DNA from: Parapedobacter sp.
GTDB lineage: Bacteria; Bacteroidota; Bacteroidia; Sphingobacteriales; Sphingobacteriaceae
Direction of reading: 5' to 3'
Length of the DNA stretch: 64,000 nt
NCBI GenBank assembly: GCA_037190485.1
Contig: JBBCJB010000045.1
Coordinates: 63,876-127,875 of the forward strand
A model generated the notes under the pieces. It was not told the origin of the DNA. It ran no database searches and was given only the letters and a program-made list of their open reading frames with translations. Of the stretch, positions 60,245 through 64,000 are shown piece by piece; within the stretch, counting starts at the first letter, position 1; each line of letters begins with the position of its first letter. The position numbers and the translations under genes were made by a program.

Positions 60245-60979
60245 TCAACTTACTTTCCGCAACCGGAGGGGCTTACGGGCAGCCCGGGTTGCCGGCATGG
60301 CCGGAACGAAACCACCCTGCGCCCATTCCATTTGCCAGCTTCCCGGGTTGCCGTTGCGCACTTTCAGCAGCTCCACCTCCCACCGGGGGAACCCCACCCC
60401 GGGCAGCCCATCGTCGAGCACGCTGGGCAGCGGCCGGATGTGCCAACGGGCGGCACACGCCGTCGACCCCACGAAGCGCGGATTGCTGCGCAATACCAGT
60501 CCGGTCACCCGGCTTTTCTCCACCGCCAATTGCAACCTGCGGGATTGCGCGAAATCCATTTCCTGCAATTCGGCCACCACCGCGACCAACCCGGCGCATT
60601 TCAGCGCTTCTTCCGTGGCCCAAAGCACATCGCGTTCGCGCGCCACGTCCACGAAAACCACCCGATCCGGTGCCGTGCCAAATGTGGCCAAGGCCGGTGG
60701 GAACAGAGCCCTTGCCGTGCTGATCCACAGGCAGGCCGCGCCGTTCCTCGTCAGCCGGGACAATAGCCCGCTGATGAAACCGCTCGTGGCCGCACTCTCC
60801 TCCCGGCACCTGCCGATGAACTCGTGGACACCGCAAACCGGGAACACCCCGCCCGGAAACGCATCCTCGACCGGCCCCAAGCCAATCCTTTCGGCGTGGC
60901 TTTCCACGGCTGTCACCCCTTGCCAACGCAGCAGGTCCTGTTTCAACCGATTCACCACCTCATGCTTGCTATCCATCAT
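60245..60979 (-). CDS. imuA: ImuA, RecA/SulA-like mutasome accessory protein
   Basis: VHEF, WATEEALKC, SRRLQLAVE, RW.VELLKVR; start 60979 or 60976. Confidence 0.9.
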   Translation of the reverse strand: MMDSKHEVVNRLKQDLLRWQGVTAVESHAERIGLGPVEDAFPGGVFPVCGVHEFIGRCREESAATSGFISGLLSRLTRNGAACLWISTARALFPPALATFGTAPDRVVFVDVARERDVLWATEEALKCAGLVAVVAELQEMDFAQSRRLQLAVEKSRVTGLVLRSNPRFVGSTACAARWHIRPLPSVLDDGLPGVGFPRWEVELLKVRNGNPGSWQMEWAQGGFVPAMPATRAARKPLRLRKVS

Positions 60980-61009
60980 TCCCATCCGGTTCTGCAGCGA
61001 TCCGGACAA

Positions 61010-61041
61010 CAAACATAACACTAATATTATTAGTAAACAAA
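61010..61041 (-). promoter_or_regulatory. imuA promoter (-33 TTTG, 20-nt spacer, -7 TATGTTTG)
   Basis: Minus strand: TTTG (61041-61038) and TATGTTTG (61017-61010). Confidence 0.75.
61021..61033. promoter_or_regulatory. Palindromic operator CTAA-N5-TTAG, copy 1 (inside the imuA promoter spacer)
   Basis: CTAA-TATTA-TTAG, flanked by A and T to give ACTAA-N5-TTAGT. Confidence 0.7.
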
Positions 61042-61060
61042 ATTTGTTGGCAACTTCCGA

Positions 61061-61073
61061 CTAACCGGATTAG
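61061..61073. promoter_or_regulatory. Palindromic operator CTAA-N5-TTAG, copy 2
   Basis: CTAA-CCGGA-TTAG, 40 bp from copy 1. Confidence 0.65.
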
Positions 61074-61137
61074 CTTACCATGGCCTTGAATAAATCGATT
61101 CCCGCACGGTGATATTGCATATAAAACCGAATTTAGC

Positions 61138-61145
61138 TATGTTTG
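61138..61145 (+). promoter_or_regulatory. -7 promoter element for the Lrp/AsnC gene
   Basis: TATGTTTG. Confidence 0.55.
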
Positions 61146-61199
61146 CGACCGTATGTAGGCGGCATTGGCCGTTATTTTACCACTTTTTTGATACTAACC

Positions 61200-61658
61200 A
61201 TGGATTTGGACCCTATTGACATCGAATTGCTACGCATCTTGCAGCGTGACGCCACGTTATCCAACAAACAATTGTCCGAACGCCTCAACCGTTCGGTCGC
61301 GGCCATCCAGGAGCGGCGGCGCAAGCTCCGCGACCAAGGCTACATCAAGCGTGTGGTTGCCATCCTCGATCGCCGGAAGATCGACCGGAGCCTCATCGCT
61401 TTTTCGCACGTGTTGCTCACCTCGCATAGCCGGGATGTACTGCAAGGTTTCGAACGGGATGTGCTGGCCCTCGATGAGGTGATGGAGTGCATGCAGATGA
61501 CGGGCGCCTATGACTTCATCCTGCGGGTCGCCGTTCGCGACATGGATGCGTACAACCATTTCTTGCGGCAGAAACTCGCGTCTCTGCCCAACATCAGCAC
61601 CGTACAGAGTTTCTTCGTGCTGGAGGAAGCGCGCAGCGACACGGCTTATCCGCTGTAA
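61200..61658 (+). CDS. Lrp/AsnC-family transcriptional regulator
   Basis: LDPIDIELLRILQRDATLSNKQLSERL, RRRKL..QGYI, EC..MTGAYDFILRV; ATG at 61200. Confidence 0.93.
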   Translation: MDLDPIDIELLRILQRDATLSNKQLSERLNRSVAAIQERRRKLRDQGYIKRVVAILDRRKIDRSLIAFSHVLLTSHSRDVLQGFERDVLALDEVMECMQMTGAYDFILRVAVRDMDAYNHFLRQKLASLPNISTVQSFFVLEEARSDTAYPL

Positions 61659-62020
61659 CTGTGGTGCCGTCCGTTGCGGCGCCCCCAAGAAAAACAAGAA
61701 AAAAAGGCCGGGGGCATCGCCCCCAGCCCATTGGATAAACTAAAACAAGTTGATAGCCCCGATGAAGATGGTACAACCACCCAGGTGTGCAGCCTAATGC
61801 GGTTTTATGCAGCAAAACTGCGGATGTTTCGGCAATTTCACAATGGTATTCGGAAATTTCAATCAAAATATCGAAAAAAATCACCGAACGCCATTCAAAA
61901 AAATGAAACCGGCCCGGTTTAAGCCGTGTCGGCCGTTAAACGACCGCACCCTTGCCCCACTCGGCAAATCGTACGTAAGAGCACCTCAAATTTATTGCAC
62001 CGCAATTGGCCAGAAAGTTT

Positions 62021-62028
62021 TAGCTTTG
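62021..62028 (+). promoter_or_regulatory. -7 promoter element for the ECF sigma gene
   Basis: TAGCTTTG 23 nt before the ATG. Confidence 0.6.
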
Positions 62029-62051
62029 CGGTAACGAGTATAAACCATTGT

Positions 62052-62648
62052 ATGAGTCACAAATCCCAACACTCCGAAAGCGTGTCGCTGCAACTCTTGC
62101 GGCAGGGTGACAGGCAGGCGTTCGCCGAGCTGTATGATCGCTATTGGGAAATGCTGTACCGGTACGTGGCTTCGGTCCTCCGCGGGCGGGCAGACGCCAT
62201 GGACGTGGTGCAAGACACGTTCGTGGCACTGTGGCAACAGCGCGATACGCTTGACGGCGTCGGGTCGCTGTCGGCCTACCTCAAGGCCATGGCGCGTTAC
62301 AAGGCGCTCAAGAGCATCCGCACCCACATCCGCGAACACGATTACCTCGAATCGCTGCTCGACTTCTTCAACCGGCACGAAGAAAGCCCCGAAACCCTGA
62401 TGGTCGTGGATGAACTTCGCGCCGTCATCGATTCCGAAATCGAACGCCTTCCGGCGATGATGCGCCAAGTGTTCATCATGAGCCGGGAGGAGAACCTATC
62501 GCACAAAGAGATCGCCTCCAAGCTGATCATCTCTGACAAGACCGTGAAGAAACAGATCAGCAATGCACTGAAAATCCTGCGCGCCAAGATCAACGCCTCC
62601 TACATCACCTCGTTCTGGGTCTTGCTGATACTTGAAATGCACCGATAA
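62052..62648 (+). CDS. ECF sigma-70 family RNA polymerase sigma factor
   Basis: AFAELYDRYW, DVVQDTF..LW (region 2), LP...RQVF.MSR.E.LSHKEIA..L.IS.KTVKKQIS.ALK.LR (region 4); ATG at 62052. Confidence 0.93.
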   Translation: MSHKSQHSESVSLQLLRQGDRQAFAELYDRYWEMLYRYVASVLRGRADAMDVVQDTFVALWQQRDTLDGVGSLSAYLKAMARYKALKSIRTHIREHDYLESLLDFFNRHEESPETLMVVDELRAVIDSEIERLPAMMRQVFIMSREENLSHKEIASKLIISDKTVKKQISNALKILRAKINASYITSFWVLLILEMHR

Positions 62649-62761
62649 ACAAAAATTATCACACTAACAACCAACCAGTTAAAAACTTTCCACTGACCTC
62701 GCCTACTACCTACCTGCCTTTTTGGGCACAACTATAACGACAACACGGTTATAAATTTAGG

Positions 62762-63922
62762 ATGCCGATGAATAGACGACAGCTATTAGCGCTTTTGAAA
62801 CGGTACGAAGCCGGTACATGCAGCGATGCGGAACGCCTTCGGCTGGAACGCTGGTTTGCCAAGCGGGTCGATGCTGCCGACTGGCAGTGGGAAAGCCCCG
62901 AAGACCGTCTATTGGTACAGCGGCTGATGCGTGAGCGCATCGAACGCCGGTTGTTCGCACAGGAAAAAAAGCAGTTACCGCATTGGAAAATCGTTGCCGC
63001 CGCGTCCATCCTGCTGTGCCTTTCGGTTGGGGCTTGGTTTTTCCTCGATCGCGGCGTCCCCGCATCCGAAGGGCCGCATTATGCCAAACAGGCCGTCACC
63101 CCCGGTTCACAGGCCGCCTTCCTGACGCTCGCGGATGGCTCCACCATCCGGCTGGATGATGCCCAGCCAGGCACCTTTTACAACCATGCAGGGGTCGCGA
63201 TCAAGAAACACGACGATGGGGCGCTCAGCTACGATGTCGATGCCGGTACGGTACTCGAAGGGAAAGGCACCGTTCCAACGAATACCATCGCGATACCCCG
63301 CGGCGGGCAGTATCGGCTTACGCTACCCGACGGTTCGACCGTCAGGCTCAATTCGGGATCCACCTTGGTCTATCCCGTTGCCTTCACTGGCCGCGAACGG
63401 TCGGTGATTTTGACGGGCGAAGCATACTTCGAGATTTCCAAGGACAGGGACAGGCCGTTCAGGGTGAAGGCCGGGGACACCGAAGTGCAGGTGACGGGCA
63501 CCCATTTCAACATCACGGCCTACCCAGACGAGGAGCAGGTAACCACCACGTTGGTCGAGGGCGGCGTAGACATCGTCAAGCAGGGCCAGAAAGCCACCCT
63601 TCGGCCGGGTCAGCAAGCCATCAGCCGCCACGACGACGGCCCCATCCAGGTCGGAACCGCGGATACGGATTATGCGTTGGCGTGGCTGGAAGGCCATTTC
63701 GTCTTCGAGAACCAAGACATCAAAACGATCATGCAAAATATCGCACGTTGGTACGATGTCGATGTCGTTTATGCGAACCCCACCCCGGCGTCGCGCAAGG
63801 CCTTTGGCGGAACCTACACCAAATCAAAAGGGATTGCCGAACTATTGGCCCACCTCGAAACACTGAGCAACCATACGATCCGGTTCGAATTGGCAGAAAG
63901 GAGGGTAACGGTGACCATGTAA
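62762..63922 (+). CDS. FecR-family anti-sigma factor
   Basis: Single TM (IVAAASILLCLSVGAWFF), PRGGQYRLTLPDGSTVRLNSGSTL.YP, LTGEAYFE, GTHFNI, IARWYDV. Confidence 0.94.
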   Translation: MPMNRRQLLALLKRYEAGTCSDAERLRLERWFAKRVDAADWQWESPEDRLLVQRLMRERIERRLFAQEKKQLPHWKIVAAASILLCLSVGAWFFLDRGVPASEGPHYAKQAVTPGSQAAFLTLADGSTIRLDDAQPGTFYNHAGVAIKKHDDGALSYDVDAGTVLEGKGTVPTNTIAIPRGGQYRLTLPDGSTVRLNSGSTLVYPVAFTGRERSVILTGEAYFEISKDRDRPFRVKAGDTEVQVTGTHFNITAYPDEEQVTTTLVEGGVDIVKQGQKATLRPGQQAISRHDDGPIQVGTADTDYALAWLEGHFVFENQDIKTIMQNIARWYDVDVVYANPTPASRKAFGGTYTKSKGIAELLAHLETLSNHTIRFELAERRVTVTM

Positions 63923-63956
63923 AGACGAGACGAACGCAGACCGAGATGGCCAAAAA

Positions 63957-63985
63957 AACCGGAAATGTTTGCAGCATTCCCGGTT
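63957..63985 (+). other. Stem-loop in the leader downstream of fecR, probably preceding a TonB-dependent receptor gene beyond the window
   Basis: AACCGG-A-AATG-(TTTGCAG)-CATT-C-CCGGTT, preceded by an A7 run and with no U tract after it. Confidence 0.5.
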
Positions 63986-64000
63986 GTCCGGCAGTACACT

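Overview
This window is a Bacteroidota chromosome segment, most likely Sphingobacteriaceae-like. The assignment rests on TAnnTTTG promoter elements, the ftsX-DUF3098-uppP-truB-ribF gene order, an exonuclease-fused dnaE and an ECF sigma/FecR pair. Most of it is housekeeping: rpsA, monomeric icd, rseP-dxr, tRNA-Ala(GGC), a DPP-IV-like peptidase, leuS, ftsX-uppP-truB-ribF, purF, amtB, dnaE, trxA, rpoN, aguB-aguA, lpxB, aroB and ychF. I found no CRISPR array, rRNA, integrase or intact transposase. The most unusual items are: (1) an HAE1 RND pump fused in one 1516-aa ORF to an outer-membrane factor that keeps an internal lipobox, preceded by a His-rich small ORF that may be a regulatory leader; (2) a tandem pair of secreted M14 peptidases in which the upstream copy has lost the zinc ligands and the catalytic Glu; (3) a hairpin, an SD-like sequence and a 2-codon uORF overlapping the rpsA start codon; (4) an imuA-imuB-dnaE2 cassette with two CTAA-N5-TTAG palindromes, one inside the promoter spacer; (5) two related non-coding elements with terminal inverted repeats (MITE/REP-like) bracketing a cold-shock-domain fusion gene; (6) a lipoprotein / YgiB-like / ATP-grasp trio. 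All family assignments come from motifs recognised by eye, not from database searches.
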